In this document: one piece after another, positions 1-10,157 of the stretch
Position numbering within the stretch: position 1 is the first letter of the stretch
Layout of the letters: each line of letters starts with the position of its first letter
Source: Candidatus Zixiibacteriota bacterium
GTDB taxonomy: Bacteria; Zixibacteria; MSB-5A5; WJJR01
Direction of reading: 5' to 3'
DNA: 15,646 nt
NCBI GenBank assembly: GCA_036170655.1
Contig: JAVHPP010000055.1
Coordinates: 1-15,646, forward strand
Position numbers and translations under genes: made by a program
The notes under the pieces: generated by a model
What the model was told of the DNA's origin: nothing
Database searches by the model: none
What the model saw: only the letters and a program-made list of their open reading frames with translations

Positions 1-1
1 G

Positions 2-652
2 ACTTGGATTGTGCCGGTATTCGCCAAAATGTTTTCCGGTTTGGGTGCCGAATTGCCAGGGCCAACTCAGTTTGTGTTGGCAGTGTCCAATTTCCTACAA
101 CACAATGTTGGGAAGATCTTCTTTGCGCTGATCCTCGCCGTCGTCGGTTTACGGCTGGCGCTGCGCACCGACAATGGCCGTCTCTATTTCGACCGATTTC
201 TCCTGAGGGCGCCTTTGGTGGGCACCCTCGTGCGCAAGAGCGCCATCTCCCGTTTTACCCGGACTCTGGGCACGCTGCTTTCCTCCGGTGTCTCGATTCT
301 GGAGGCGTTGGAAATCACCGCGAAAACCGCTGGCAATCGTGTCATCCATGATGCCATCCGCCGCTCCGTGGTCGCCATCGCCGAGGGAGACACAATCACC
401 GGCCCGCTCCTTCAGACCGGTGTGTTTCCCCCCATGGTGACCCAGATGATTTCGGTGGGTGAGAAGACGGGCGGGTTGGATGATATGCTCTCCAAGATTG
501 CCGATTTTTATGATGAGGAAGTTGACGCGGCGGTGAGCGCCCTCACATCGATTATTGAACCGGTCATCATCGTGTTTATGGGGGTCGTCATCGGCGGCAT
601 CCTGATCGCGATGTACCTGCCGATGTTCGACATCATTGGCAAGATCAAGTAG
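2..652 (+). CDS. pilC: Type IV pilus / T2SS inner-membrane platform protein (PilC/GspF family), 5'-truncated by window edge
   Basis: Frame open from base 2 (TWIVPVFAKMF...). Family motifs LPGPTQFV, SRFTRTLGTLLSSGV, FPPMVTQMISVGEKTGGLDDMLSKIADFYDEEV, IEPVIIVFMG...AMYLPMF. TAG stop. Confidence 0.93.
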   Translation, partial: TWIVPVFAKMFSGLGAELPGPTQFVLAVSNFLQHNVGKIFFALILAVVGLRLALRTDNGRLYFDRFLLRAPLVGTLVRKSAISRFTRTLGTLLSSGVSILEALEITAKTAGNRVIHDAIRRSVVAIAEGDTITGPLLQTGVFPPMVTQMISVGEKTGGLDDMLSKIADFYDEEVDAAVSALTSIIEPVIIVFMGVVIGGILIAMYLPMFDIIGKIK

Positions 653-666
653 CATTGTTAGAGACC

Positions 667-700
667 GGCAGCGCTCCGCCGTAAGGCGGAGCGCCCTGCC
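667..700. repeat. GC-rich intergenic hairpin with GTAA (GNRA-type) loop; REP-like or RNA-stability element
   Basis: GCGCTCCGCC (671-680), GTAA loop, GGCGGAGCGC (685-694) form a perfect 10-bp stem, extendable by GGCA/TGCC. No U-tract follows. Confidence 0.6.
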
Positions 701-745
701 GTTCTGCTGGCGGCCACTGCACATCAGAACTTCGGGACAGCTTCC

Positions 746-2563
746 ATGTTTATCTACTCCCGTCGCCATGCCGCACTGACGACCCGGCCCTCGTGGGTGA
801 TCGGGACACGTCTCGTGGCGTTCGCCGTCACCATCGCGCTGGCTTGGCCATTGTGGAAGACGTCCCCCACGCTGGCGGAATCCATTCTCGTCTATAGCGC
901 GGTCACGCTGGCGACTGTCACGTTTGTCGCCATGGGGCGGCGCTGGTCCCTTCCCTTTCTGGGAGGTTTTCTGCAGGCCGGGCAGATCGCCTGTGAACTC
1001 GTTGTCGTTTCGCAGATTGTGCTGCTGACTGGTGGCTTGCGCTCGCCGTCCTTCTATCTCTACCTGACAACGATCATCTCCGCTGCTGTGACCTACCGGC
1101 TGGTCGGCGCGCTGCTGGTGGCCTGTACCGCGATGGTCGCCTATGTCATGGTGGTCTGGATCGACGCTGGCCATGGCCTCGCTCTGTTGCTGCCTTCTGA
1201 GTGGCTGGGAACCGTGAGGCAACTTCCCGACGAGGACTTCTATACCGTGTTTGTCCGGCTCTGCATCTTCTACCTCTGTGCATTCATAGGCGGGTATCTC
1301 GCGGAACGCCTGTCGGCCAACGATGAAGTGCTGGCGCACACGACAGAAGCGCTCAAGGTCGCCAAACTGGAGACGGGGGATATTCTCAAGCACCTGAACT
1401 CCGGGATTCTGACGGTCGATCTGGCCGGTCACGTCGTCTATTTTAATCATGCCGCAGAGGATATCTTGGGCATCTCCAGCAAGCGCGTTCGCGGTCGCCC
1501 CATCCGGGAAGCGTTCGGTGCAGAGATTCCAGAACTCGTCGAACGACTCGAAGCCGTTCTCCACTCGCAGAAGATGGATACGCGAACGGAATTGTCGCTG
1601 CATCGCGCTGATGGCCGCAAGGTGCCGATCGGACTCTCGACCTCGGTTCTTGGTGGGACGGGGGAGATGCCACGGGGGGTCATTAGTATATTCCAGGATC
1701 TCACCGAGGCCAAGTTGATCGAAGAGAAGCTGCGCATTCAGGACCGGATGGCGGCCATCGGTGAATTGTCTGCTGCGATCGCGCACGAGATCCGCAACCC
1801 TCTGGCGGCCATATCTGGGTCGGTGGAAGTGCTCCGTAACGAGTTGAAACTGGAAGATGAAAACAGACGTCTCCTCGAACTCATCATCAAGGAGTCGGCA
1901 CGGCTCAACAAGATTCTGACAGACTTCCTCAGTTACGCGCGGATTCGTCCGACGGTTACCGGACGGGTCAACGTTGCGCCAGTGGTCGATGAAGTGATGG
2001 AAATCGCACGACGTCACTTCCCGAATCGGCAGGTCACCCTGAGTGAGCATCAGCCGGATCGCTCGCTGGCCGTGCAGGCCGACGCCGATCATCTCAAGCA
2101 GATTCTCATCAATCTTGTATTCAACGCGGTCGAGGCGATTGATCGCCCCGGTGGTCAAGTCATGGTTTCTGTCGGGATCCCGCACGAGTTGCCCGCCTCC
2201 AGCATGGAGGACGACTCAGGGTCCCCAGTGGATTGGGTTGCGATCGCGGTGCAGGACGATGGCATTGGCATTCCTGAAACTATCCGGCACCGGCTCTTTG
2301 AGCCTTTCGTATCGTCAAAGTCCAACGGCACCGGGCTGGGGCTGGCCATTGTATCTCGCCTTGTCGACAATGTCGGCGGCGTAATCCGTGTCGACAGTAC
2401 GCCGGGGGACGGTGCCACCTTTACGGTCTCTTTGCCGCGATGTCCGGGAGGGCAACGGCGCGTGGATGGTGGCAGTACGGGTGTCCCGCCCCGAAGCGAG
2501 GGTCTTCGCCTCGTGGCCCTTGGCGATCAGTCTGATTCGAGAGACGAAAAGATACACGCCTGA
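746..2563 (+). CDS. pilS: Membrane sensor histidine kinase with PAS domain (PilS/NtrB-like)
   Basis: Several hydrophobic N-terminal segments; PAS-like region (ILTVDLAGHVVYFNHAAEDILG...FQDLTE); H-box AAIAHEIRNPL, N-box QILINLVFNA, G1 DDGIGI, F-box LFEPFVSSK, G2 GTGLGL. The pilS label is inferred from architecture and position after pilC. Confidence 0.85.
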   Translation: MFIYSRRHAALTTRPSWVIGTRLVAFAVTIALAWPLWKTSPTLAESILVYSAVTLATVTFVAMGRRWSLPFLGGFLQAGQIACELVVVSQIVLLTGGLRSPSFYLYLTTIISAAVTYRLVGALLVACTAMVAYVMVVWIDAGHGLALLLPSEWLGTVRQLPDEDFYTVFVRLCIFYLCAFIGGYLAERLSANDEVLAHTTEALKVAKLETGDILKHLNSGILTVDLAGHVVYFNHAAEDILGISSKRVRGRPIREAFGAEIPELVERLEAVLHSQKMDTRTELSLHRADGRKVPIGLSTSVLGGTGEMPRGVISIFQDLTEAKLIEEKLRIQDRMAAIGELSAAIAHEIRNPLAAISGSVEVLRNELKLEDENRRLLELIIKESARLNKILTDFLSYARIRPTVTGRVNVAPVVDEVMEIARRHFPNRQVTLSEHQPDRSLAVQADADHLKQILINLVFNAVEAIDRPGGQVMVSVGIPHELPASSMEDDSGSPVDWVAIAVQDDGIGIPETIRHRLFEPFVSSKSNGTGLGLAIVSRLVDNVGGVIRVDSTPGDGATFTVSLPRCPGGQRRVDGGSTGVPPRSEGLRLVALGDQSDSRDEKIHA

Positions 2564-2707
2564 GACGTGCCATCGTGCACACGCTGCCTCGGGCATTTTC
2601 CACATGGGTATGACAGGTTTCGCTGGATTGACGACCCCAGAATCGGTCACCGCACATAACTCCATTTCACTCAATGGCTTTCGATTGCAGGTCGGGGTGT
2701 TTTTTCT

Positions 2708-2736
2708 TTGACTCTGCCGGGGCAAACGTCTATGAT
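2708..2736 (+). promoter_or_regulatory. Sigma70-type promoter for the polyprenyl synthase gene
   Basis: TTGACT (2708-2713), 17-bp spacer, TATGAT (2731-2736), preceded by a T-rich tract; ATG 21 nt downstream at 2758. Confidence 0.7.
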
Positions 2737-2757
2737 AAACAGTCGGGGACGCGGACG

Positions 2758-3756
2758 ATGGATACCACGCTGCAACAGACGCTTTCTCCGATCGCTGAGG
2801 GTCTGAGGGAATTCGAAGGGGCCTTCTCCGATGCGCTTGGCGAGCATGCCGGGCTGATCGGAGCGATGGCGTCCCACGTGCTGACCTCACCCGGGAAGCG
2901 CATCCGGCCCGCCATGTATTTGCTGGCGGCGTCGGTTGTCAGCAGTGACGCGGAACGGCCGCCGGTCGACGGGGCGGTTGCGATTGAGTTGATCCACACG
3001 GCGACTCTGCTGCACGACGATGTCAACGACGGCGCCGATCAGCGCCGTGGCCGGCCGGCTGCCAACAGGGTCTGGGGGAATCTCGCAGCGGTCCTGATGG
3101 GGGATCATCTCTTCGCCAAGGCGTTCCATATCATGGTACAGTTGAGAAATCAACGCGTGCTCGATGCGATCTCCGCGGCCACAGAGCGTGTGGCAATTGG
3201 CGAGTTACTGCAAGTCCAGGAGATTAGAAATTGCAGCCTCTCAGAGGCTGGTTATCTCCAGATTATTGGCGACAAGACGGCGGCGCTCTTTGCCGCTGCC
3301 TGTGAAGCAGGATCGCTGCTGAACAATCACCAGCAGTGGGCGTCTCGTTTTCGCCGTTTTGGAGAATTGGTCGGGTTGGGTTTTCAGATCGCCGATGATC
3401 TCCTGGATTACATCGGCGATGAATCCCTGACCGGCAAGCCGGTCGGCAACGATCTCAGGGAAGGGAAAGTCACTTTACCTTTGATCTTTGCCTTGCAACA
3501 GGGGTCGGAAACGGAACGCCGTCACGTGCTCGAGTGCCTGTCTGCCGAAGACCCTCGCTTAAGGGCTGACCACCGTGGGAATGGGTTCGGCGAGGTCGTG
3601 GACTTTGTCCGTCGCAACGGCGGTTTTGAATACGCCCGCCAGCGCGCCGATGGTTTTTGCAACCAGGCGATTGAATTGATTGAGGATATTGAGGATTCCG
3701 TGTACAAACGCTCTTTGGAAGCACTCGTCACCCATACCGTCAGCCGGAAATCATAA
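2758..3756 (+). CDS. ispB: Long-chain trans-polyprenyl diphosphate synthase (IspB/HepT-like)
   Basis: GKRIRP motif, first Asp-rich motif ELIHTATLLHDDVND followed by RRG, KTAALF, second motif FQIADDLLD, GKPVGNDLREGK. Small residue (Ala) five before the first DDxxD suggests a long product. ATG 2758 preferred over 2674 because it lies downstream of the promoter. Confidence 0.9.
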   Translation: MDTTLQQTLSPIAEGLREFEGAFSDALGEHAGLIGAMASHVLTSPGKRIRPAMYLLAASVVSSDAERPPVDGAVAIELIHTATLLHDDVNDGADQRRGRPAANRVWGNLAAVLMGDHLFAKAFHIMVQLRNQRVLDAISAATERVAIGELLQVQEIRNCSLSEAGYLQIIGDKTAALFAAACEAGSLLNNHQQWASRFRRFGELVGLGFQIADDLLDYIGDESLTGKPVGNDLREGKVTLPLIFALQQGSETERRHVLECLSAEDPRLRADHRGNGFGEVVDFVRRNGGFEYARQRADGFCNQAIELIEDIEDSVYKRSLEALVTHTVSRKS

Positions 3757-3919
3757 AACACGCTGGACTCCGGAATCAGGCCCGACCGATGGCCGCTGAC
3801 TGCCGGGCCATGCCGAAGACCCTTGCTTCGGGGCGGTTATGATGGTTGGCAACTTCGTGCCACAGTCAGTGTAGAACTGTCAGCCGTTCGATGACTCGGC
3901 CGCCACGCCTCGTGATATT

Positions 3920-6076
3920 GTGATCCCTCTCGCCTTCATCCGTCTGACATCGTCCCAGTGGTACTGGGCTCTGGCCGCTTTGGTGATTTCTCTGGCTGGG
4001 ATCGTGTTCTACTATCGTCGCACCGTTCCCCCGCTCCGGGGCGTCATCAAGACCCCGATGATGATTCTCCGGGCCATCGCGGCGGTGGCGCTCTTTGTGG
4101 CTCTGGCGGATGCACTTTGGGCTGCGGTCAAGACAGATCGGCCCCTCTATGATCTCGTGGTCTTGTTAGATCATTCGTCGAGTATGACAGAGACCGACGG
4201 CGGCGATCAGACACGTTTCAATCGTGCGGCCGACTACTTCGAAAAACGGATCAAACCGGCCTTCGAGAAGAGGGCTGCCATTCATCAGTTCTATTTTGCC
4301 GATGGTCTGCTCAAGGGCCAGGTCCCGCCGGATTCGTTCGGGACATCAACCGCTCTGGGGGACGCGCTGAGTGCCTTGGCTGACCGGCCCGGGAATCTGG
4401 TGCCTAAGGCGGTTGTGATTCTCTCTGATGGCGCCAGCAACCGGGGAGCGGACCCAGCCGAGGCGGCAGCGCGTCTTGGTATTCCCATGATGGCCACGGG
4501 GTTCGGCCGAACCGTCGGTGCCCAAGCGAGTATTGTGGACGTGACTGCCCCTGAAGTCGTTCTGACCGGCAAACCATTTGACATCACCAGTGCGCTACAG
4601 AGCGGAGGTCGCGATGAAGATGTCCGGCTGCGGCTCTCCACCCATGGCCGATCCATCACGCAAAAGACGGTACCGCTGACCAAAGGCGGTGCGCGTACCC
4701 CTGTCACCCTGTCGGCCACCGTCGATGCACCCGGTGAACATGAATTCCGCATCGATGTGATCGGTGCTGATGGCCGTGTTTCACCGACGGCAGGGCGGAC
4801 ACTGTTTGTCCACGCACTGAAGGGGAAGATCAAAGTCCTTCTCTTCGGTGGAGCACTGGATTGGGAGTACACCTATCTCAAACGGTTCTTGGAAAGACAG
4901 TCGCAAGTCGAACTCGTAGCCCCCGACAAAGGCAAGCCATCCGTTGGTGCTTCTCTGCCCACGGTGACGGACTGGACTGATGCCGATGTTGCCCTATTTC
5001 TGCATCCATCGCGCCGGGAACTCGAGACAGTGTGGAGTCCGCATGTGGCCCAGTTCACCTCGCCGGGACATGGGGTGGTATTTCTGCTGAACGAGCGCTT
5101 CGCAGCGGCCGGACCGCAGTCATCACCCTACCCATTCGAGTCCCTTCACAGCATGCCGGTCAATGTGCAGGGTGAGTTTCCCCTGAAGCCTCAGCCGACC
5201 CGTCAGAATCATCCCTTGGTCCGCCTTGATCCGACTAATGACTGGAGTCGGACCAGCGAGCAGTGGACAGGCCGTCCGCCTTGGGCTCATATGATCTGTA
5301 TGGATGACCTTCCCAAGGGCGTTGATGTTCTCGTGAAATCTGCTGCCGGAGCCGGTGGTGCGGAATGTCCCGCGCTTTGGACTCGTTCCTTGCGGGGGAT
5401 GAAGACGATTGTTTTGGCAGGCGGGCCTCTATGGCGGTGGGTGGCAGAACGGGCGGCAGAAGGTATTGCCCCCTCGGAGTACGATGCGTTCTGGGCAAAC
5501 GCCATCCGATGGCTGTCGTTGCGTGACGAAACCGACCGTCTTGCCATGCGTTCGGACCAGCAAATCTACCACGTTGGCGAGCCCGTCGTCTTGGCCGCTT
5601 CTGTGTTTGACGAAGTTTACCGATTCCTCGATCGGGCCGAGGTGACAGCCCGCGTCTGGCCCGACTCCGCTGTGGGAGAGACGCTCCGTGTTCTCCTGCC
5701 GCCCGGTTCCGGAGACCGGTTCGAAGGACGACTTTCACACCTGGCGCCGGGGACTTATCGCTACGATGGGCGTGCCGTCGTCGACAGCACGGCCATGTCT
5801 CTGACCGGGGGTATCTTCCGGGTCGAGCCATACGGGCTGGAACAACAGTCTCTCGGCCTCGATGAGACGCTCCTGCGCGGTGTGGCCCAGCGTTCGAGCG
5901 GACGCTACTACAATGAGAACGAACCTCCCGCGTATCTCGATTCACTGGATTGGGCCGCGCCGGTACACGAGCGCGTTGTCGAGGTCCCTCTCTGGAATCA
6001 ATCGATCGTGCTTGGCATTTTCATCGCCACACTCATGATCGAATGGTTCGTCCGCCGCCGCAAACAGCTCCTGTGA
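3920..6076 (+). CDS. Membrane-anchored von Willebrand factor A domain protein with probable Ig-like and GATase-like regions
   Basis: Two N-terminal hydrophobic helices; MIDAS-like LLDHSSSM...T...VVILSDG; later KVLLFGGALDWEYTYLKRFL and FWANAIRWL; C-terminal TM segment ending EWFVRRR. GTG start. Confidence 0.75.
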   Translation: MIPLAFIRLTSSQWYWALAALVISLAGIVFYYRRTVPPLRGVIKTPMMILRAIAAVALFVALADALWAAVKTDRPLYDLVVLLDHSSSMTETDGGDQTRFNRAADYFEKRIKPAFEKRAAIHQFYFADGLLKGQVPPDSFGTSTALGDALSALADRPGNLVPKAVVILSDGASNRGADPAEAAARLGIPMMATGFGRTVGAQASIVDVTAPEVVLTGKPFDITSALQSGGRDEDVRLRLSTHGRSITQKTVPLTKGGARTPVTLSATVDAPGEHEFRIDVIGADGRVSPTAGRTLFVHALKGKIKVLLFGGALDWEYTYLKRFLERQSQVELVAPDKGKPSVGASLPTVTDWTDADVALFLHPSRRELETVWSPHVAQFTSPGHGVVFLLNERFAAAGPQSSPYPFESLHSMPVNVQGEFPLKPQPTRQNHPLVRLDPTNDWSRTSEQWTGRPPWAHMICMDDLPKGVDVLVKSAAGAGGAECPALWTRSLRGMKTIVLAGGPLWRWVAERAAEGIAPSEYDAFWANAIRWLSLRDETDRLAMRSDQQIYHVGEPVVLAASVFDEVYRFLDRAEVTARVWPDSAVGETLRVLLPPGSGDRFEGRLSHLAPGTYRYDGRAVVDSTAMSLTGGIFRVEPYGLEQQSLGLDETLLRGVAQRSSGRYYNENEPPAYLDSLDWAAPVHERVVEVPLWNQSIVLGIFIATLMIEWFVRRRKQLL

Positions 6077-6183
6077 TTTGGTCGAAGGCCCTCGCTGCGC
6101 CGTCCACAAAAAACGTTGACGTTTGTCAGAGCGCGGTATTCCTTGCTTGTCCCTGCCGCATCACGAATGTGGGGCGGGGATGA

Positions 6184-7506
<1,323 letters not shown>

Positions 7507-7521
7507 TATGGGACCGGATCG

Positions 7522-7938
7522 ATGGTGAACCGCCACGAAGCAGGGGCCTTTGGCCGCTCCCGGCGACTCACGCGCCAGGAACGGCGTCGTCAGAGCGGCC
7601 CGGTGACTGTCACCGTGTTCTCCCGTGCCCTCTTTGACCGCGAGCATGGAGGGCTCTCGGCGCAGTCACGTTTCGTCTTGAGCATCGTCGCCGGTGCGTT
7701 CCTCTTGTATGTATTTGTGATGGGAAGCATGGGGGTGCCACGCATGATGTCCCTGTTGCGCAACGAGCGCTCTCTGATGCGCCGGGAAACCCGTCTGGCC
7801 GCCGAAGTGATGTCGCTGGACACACGCCGCCGCATGTTGGAGAGCGACACCACCTACATCGAAAAGGTCGCCCGCACCGAATACCACCTTTCGCGTCCGA
7901 ATGAGATCATCTACGAATTCGACGCCACCGCGCCCTGA
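7522..7938 (+). CDS. ftsB: Septum formation initiator (FtsB/DivIC family)
   Basis: Single TM segment, coiled-coil-like stretch, then YIEKVARTEYHLSRPNEIIY (typical C-terminal motif); follows eno, a known gene order. Start uncertain. Confidence 0.8.
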   Translation: MVNRHEAGAFGRSRRLTRQERRRQSGPVTVTVFSRALFDREHGGLSAQSRFVLSIVAGAFLLYVFVMGSMGVPRMMSLLRNERSLMRRETRLAAEVMSLDTRRRMLESDTTYIEKVARTEYHLSRPNEIIYEFDATAP

Positions 7939-7944
7939 TCGGCC

Positions 7945-8751
7945 ATGCCCGGACCCGCAGTCACCGAGGCCATCTGCCTGACGGTGCAGAAGTTTTCCGA
8001 AACCTCCAAGATTGCCGTGCTCTACACCCGTGCCTGGGGGCGTATCTCCGTGATTGCCAAAGGCGCCTTCCGCCCCAAGTCGCAGTTCGGCGGGCACTTG
8101 GAGCCTTTGTCTATTGCCGAGTGCGTGATCTACATGAAGCCGGTTGAACGGCTGCAGCTTCTGGCGTCGTGCCGCGCCACAGTGCCCTGGTTGCTGCTCA
8201 CGACATCGTTGCCGCGCGCCGCCTATGGTTTTGCTGTTGGCGAGTTCCTCTATCGTCACACGGGCGAGCAGCGCGACGACGATCTGTTCGATCTGGCAGT
8301 GCAGACTCTGCGCGTGATGGCCGAGCTGGGTGATGACCTGGCGGCGCGTCAGTTCTGGAGCTTTGTGCTGGGTGCGCTCGACTGTCTGGGGTTCCGTCCT
8401 GTGTACGACATTTGCGACCGCTGTGGGCGGGTTCCCGCGCCGGACCAGAAAGTTGTGTTCGATGCCACAGCGGGGAAGATCATCTGCCGCCAGTGCCGCC
8501 GTGACAATGGTCGGTTGTATGTCCTGTCGCCGACGGCATTGATTGAATTGAAAAATCGTCAGATTCATCCGATATTGGACAAGAATGAAGCCGCGCTCGA
8601 TCCGGCCGTGCTGGAGGAAGTCGCTGCTTCAATTGAAGACTTCGCCGTCTACCACCTGGGTGGCAGACGGTTGCGTTCACTGAACTTTGCCCGCCGTGTT
8701 GGTGCGGTCGATCGCATCGTGAGCGAGGGGCAAGATCGCAGGACGGATTAG
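7945..8751 (+). CDS. recO: DNA repair protein RecO
   Basis: N-terminal OB-fold-type segment (FSETSKIAVLYTRAWGRISVIAKGA, LEPLS), LGFRP followed by zinc finger CDRC...CRQC, LRSLNF near C-terminus; upstream of glycyl-tRNA ligase. Confidence 0.92.
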   Translation: MPGPAVTEAICLTVQKFSETSKIAVLYTRAWGRISVIAKGAFRPKSQFGGHLEPLSIAECVIYMKPVERLQLLASCRATVPWLLLTTSLPRAAYGFAVGEFLYRHTGEQRDDDLFDLAVQTLRVMAELGDDLAARQFWSFVLGALDCLGFRPVYDICDRCGRVPAPDQKVVFDATAGKIICRQCRRDNGRLYVLSPTALIELKNRQIHPILDKNEAALDPAVLEEVAASIEDFAVYHLGGRRLRSLNFARRVGAVDRIVSEGQDRRTD

Positions 8752-8765
8752 ACAACGGAGGAATT

Positions 8766-10115
8766 GTGGCTAAAGCGGGCGCCGACCAAACCATGGATAA
8801 GATTGTCTCGCTGTGCAAACGGCGGGGATTCGTTTTTGGTTCGTCGGAAATCTACGGCGGCATCAACTCGTGCTGGGACTTCGGCCCGCTGGGCGTCGAG
8901 CTGAAACGCAATATCAAGGATCACTGGTGGAAGTCGATGACCCACCGGCGCGATGATGTGGAGGGACTGGACGCGGCCATCCTGATGCACCCGAAAGTCT
9001 GGGAGACTTCCGGTCACGTCGCGGGGTTCACCGACCCGCTGGTCGATTGCAAAGAATGTAAGTCGCGGTTCCGGCTCGATCAGTTGGAAGAATCCCCGTG
9101 CGGCAGTCCCGCATACAAAGGCCGGAAAGCGAGCAAGTGCCATGCGGAAGGCAAGTTCACGGAGGCACGCCAGTTCAATCTGATGTTCAAGACATTCATG
9201 GGACCGGTGGAAGATGCCGCCTCGATTGTCTACCTCCGTCCCGAGACTGCGCAGGGGATCTATGTCAACTTCCTGAACGTGATGCAGCCGATGCGGCGCA
9301 AGATTCCTTTCGGGATCGCGCAGATTGGCAAGGCCTTCCGCAACGAAATCTCACCCGGGAATTTCATCTTCCGGTCGCGCGAGTTTGAGCAGATGGAAAT
9401 GCAGTTCTTCATTGACCCCAAGGACGACCTGAAGTGGTTTGAGTACTGGAAGCAGACCCGCCACGACTGGTACCTCGACTTGGGAATTCGCCGGGAGAAA
9501 ATGCGCTTTCATCAGCATGGCCCCGGGGAGCTGGCGCACTACGCCAAGGACGCATTCGATATCGAGTACGAGTTCCCCTTCGGCTGGAAAGAATTCGAAG
9601 GCATTCACAATCGGACCGACTTCGATCTGTCACGCCATAAAGAGGCCACCGGGGTCGACCTGACCTATTTCGATGAAGAGACCAAGTCCCGCTACGTGCC
9701 CTATATCATTGAGACGTCAGCCGGCGCCGACCGGGCGGCGCTGGTGTGTCTCGTCGATGGCTACCGCGAAGAGGAAGTGAAGGGCGAGACGCGCACGGTC
9801 ATTCGCCTCGACCCGCGCATCGCTCCGATCAAGGCCGCCGTGTTCCCGCTCGTCAACCGTGACGGTATGCCGGAGATATCGCTTTCGCTTGTGGCCGATC
9901 TGCGCAAGAGGTTCAAGATCTTCTACGATGACAAGGGTGCGGTTGGCCGCCGATACCGTCGCATGGATGAAATCGGTACGCCATTCTGTGTCACGATCGA
10001 TTCCCAGACGGCCGAAGACCAGACCGTCACGGTGCGTGATCGCGACTCGATGGAGCAGATACGTCTGCCGATGGATCGTCTGGCCGGGTGGCTGACGGAG
10101 AAGCTGGACACCTGA
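8766..10115 (+). CDS. glyQS: Glycine--tRNA ligase, homodimeric (alpha2) type
   Basis: LCKRRGFVF, SGHVAGFTDPLVDC, FNLMFKT, YLRPETAQGIYVNF, AQIGKAFRNEISP, REFEQME, PYIIETSAGADR, GRRYRRMDEIGTPF. GGAGG at 8757-8761 before GTG. Confidence 0.97.
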   Translation: MAKAGADQTMDKIVSLCKRRGFVFGSSEIYGGINSCWDFGPLGVELKRNIKDHWWKSMTHRRDDVEGLDAAILMHPKVWETSGHVAGFTDPLVDCKECKSRFRLDQLEESPCGSPAYKGRKASKCHAEGKFTEARQFNLMFKTFMGPVEDAASIVYLRPETAQGIYVNFLNVMQPMRRKIPFGIAQIGKAFRNEISPGNFIFRSREFEQMEMQFFIDPKDDLKWFEYWKQTRHDWYLDLGIRREKMRFHQHGPGELAHYAKDAFDIEYEFPFGWKEFEGIHNRTDFDLSRHKEATGVDLTYFDEETKSRYVPYIIETSAGADRAALVCLVDGYREEEVKGETRTVIRLDPRIAPIKAAVFPLVNRDGMPEISLSLVADLRKRFKIFYDDKGAVGRRYRRMDEIGTPFCVTIDSQTAEDQTVTVRDRDSMEQIRLPMDRLAGWLTEKLDT

Positions 10116-10157
10116 TTCGAGCATTTGAATGCCTATGAGCGCAGCGGCGACTTCCAT

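Noticed and set aside
149..2185. 678-aa minus-strand ORF opposite pilC and the kinase
   Set aside because: No recognisable motifs and almost entirely antisense to two well-supported genes; long shadow ORFs are expected opposite GC-rich coding sequence.
2564..2707. Riboswitch or terminator between the kinase and ispB
   Set aside because: Only short imperfect pairings (CGACC/GGTCG, AATCG/CGATT) before a T-run; no recognisable aptamer, and it lies upstream of the predicted promoter.
2674..2757. Longer N-terminus for the prenyl synthase (ATG 2674)
   Set aside because: The extension overlaps a near-consensus promoter and has no family similarity; ATG 2758 is more plausible.
9045..9145. Unusual Cys spacing (CKEC...C-x12-C) in glycyl-tRNA ligase
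   Set aside because: Falls in the known variable zinc-binding insertion of alpha2 GlyRS; length variation there is ordinary.
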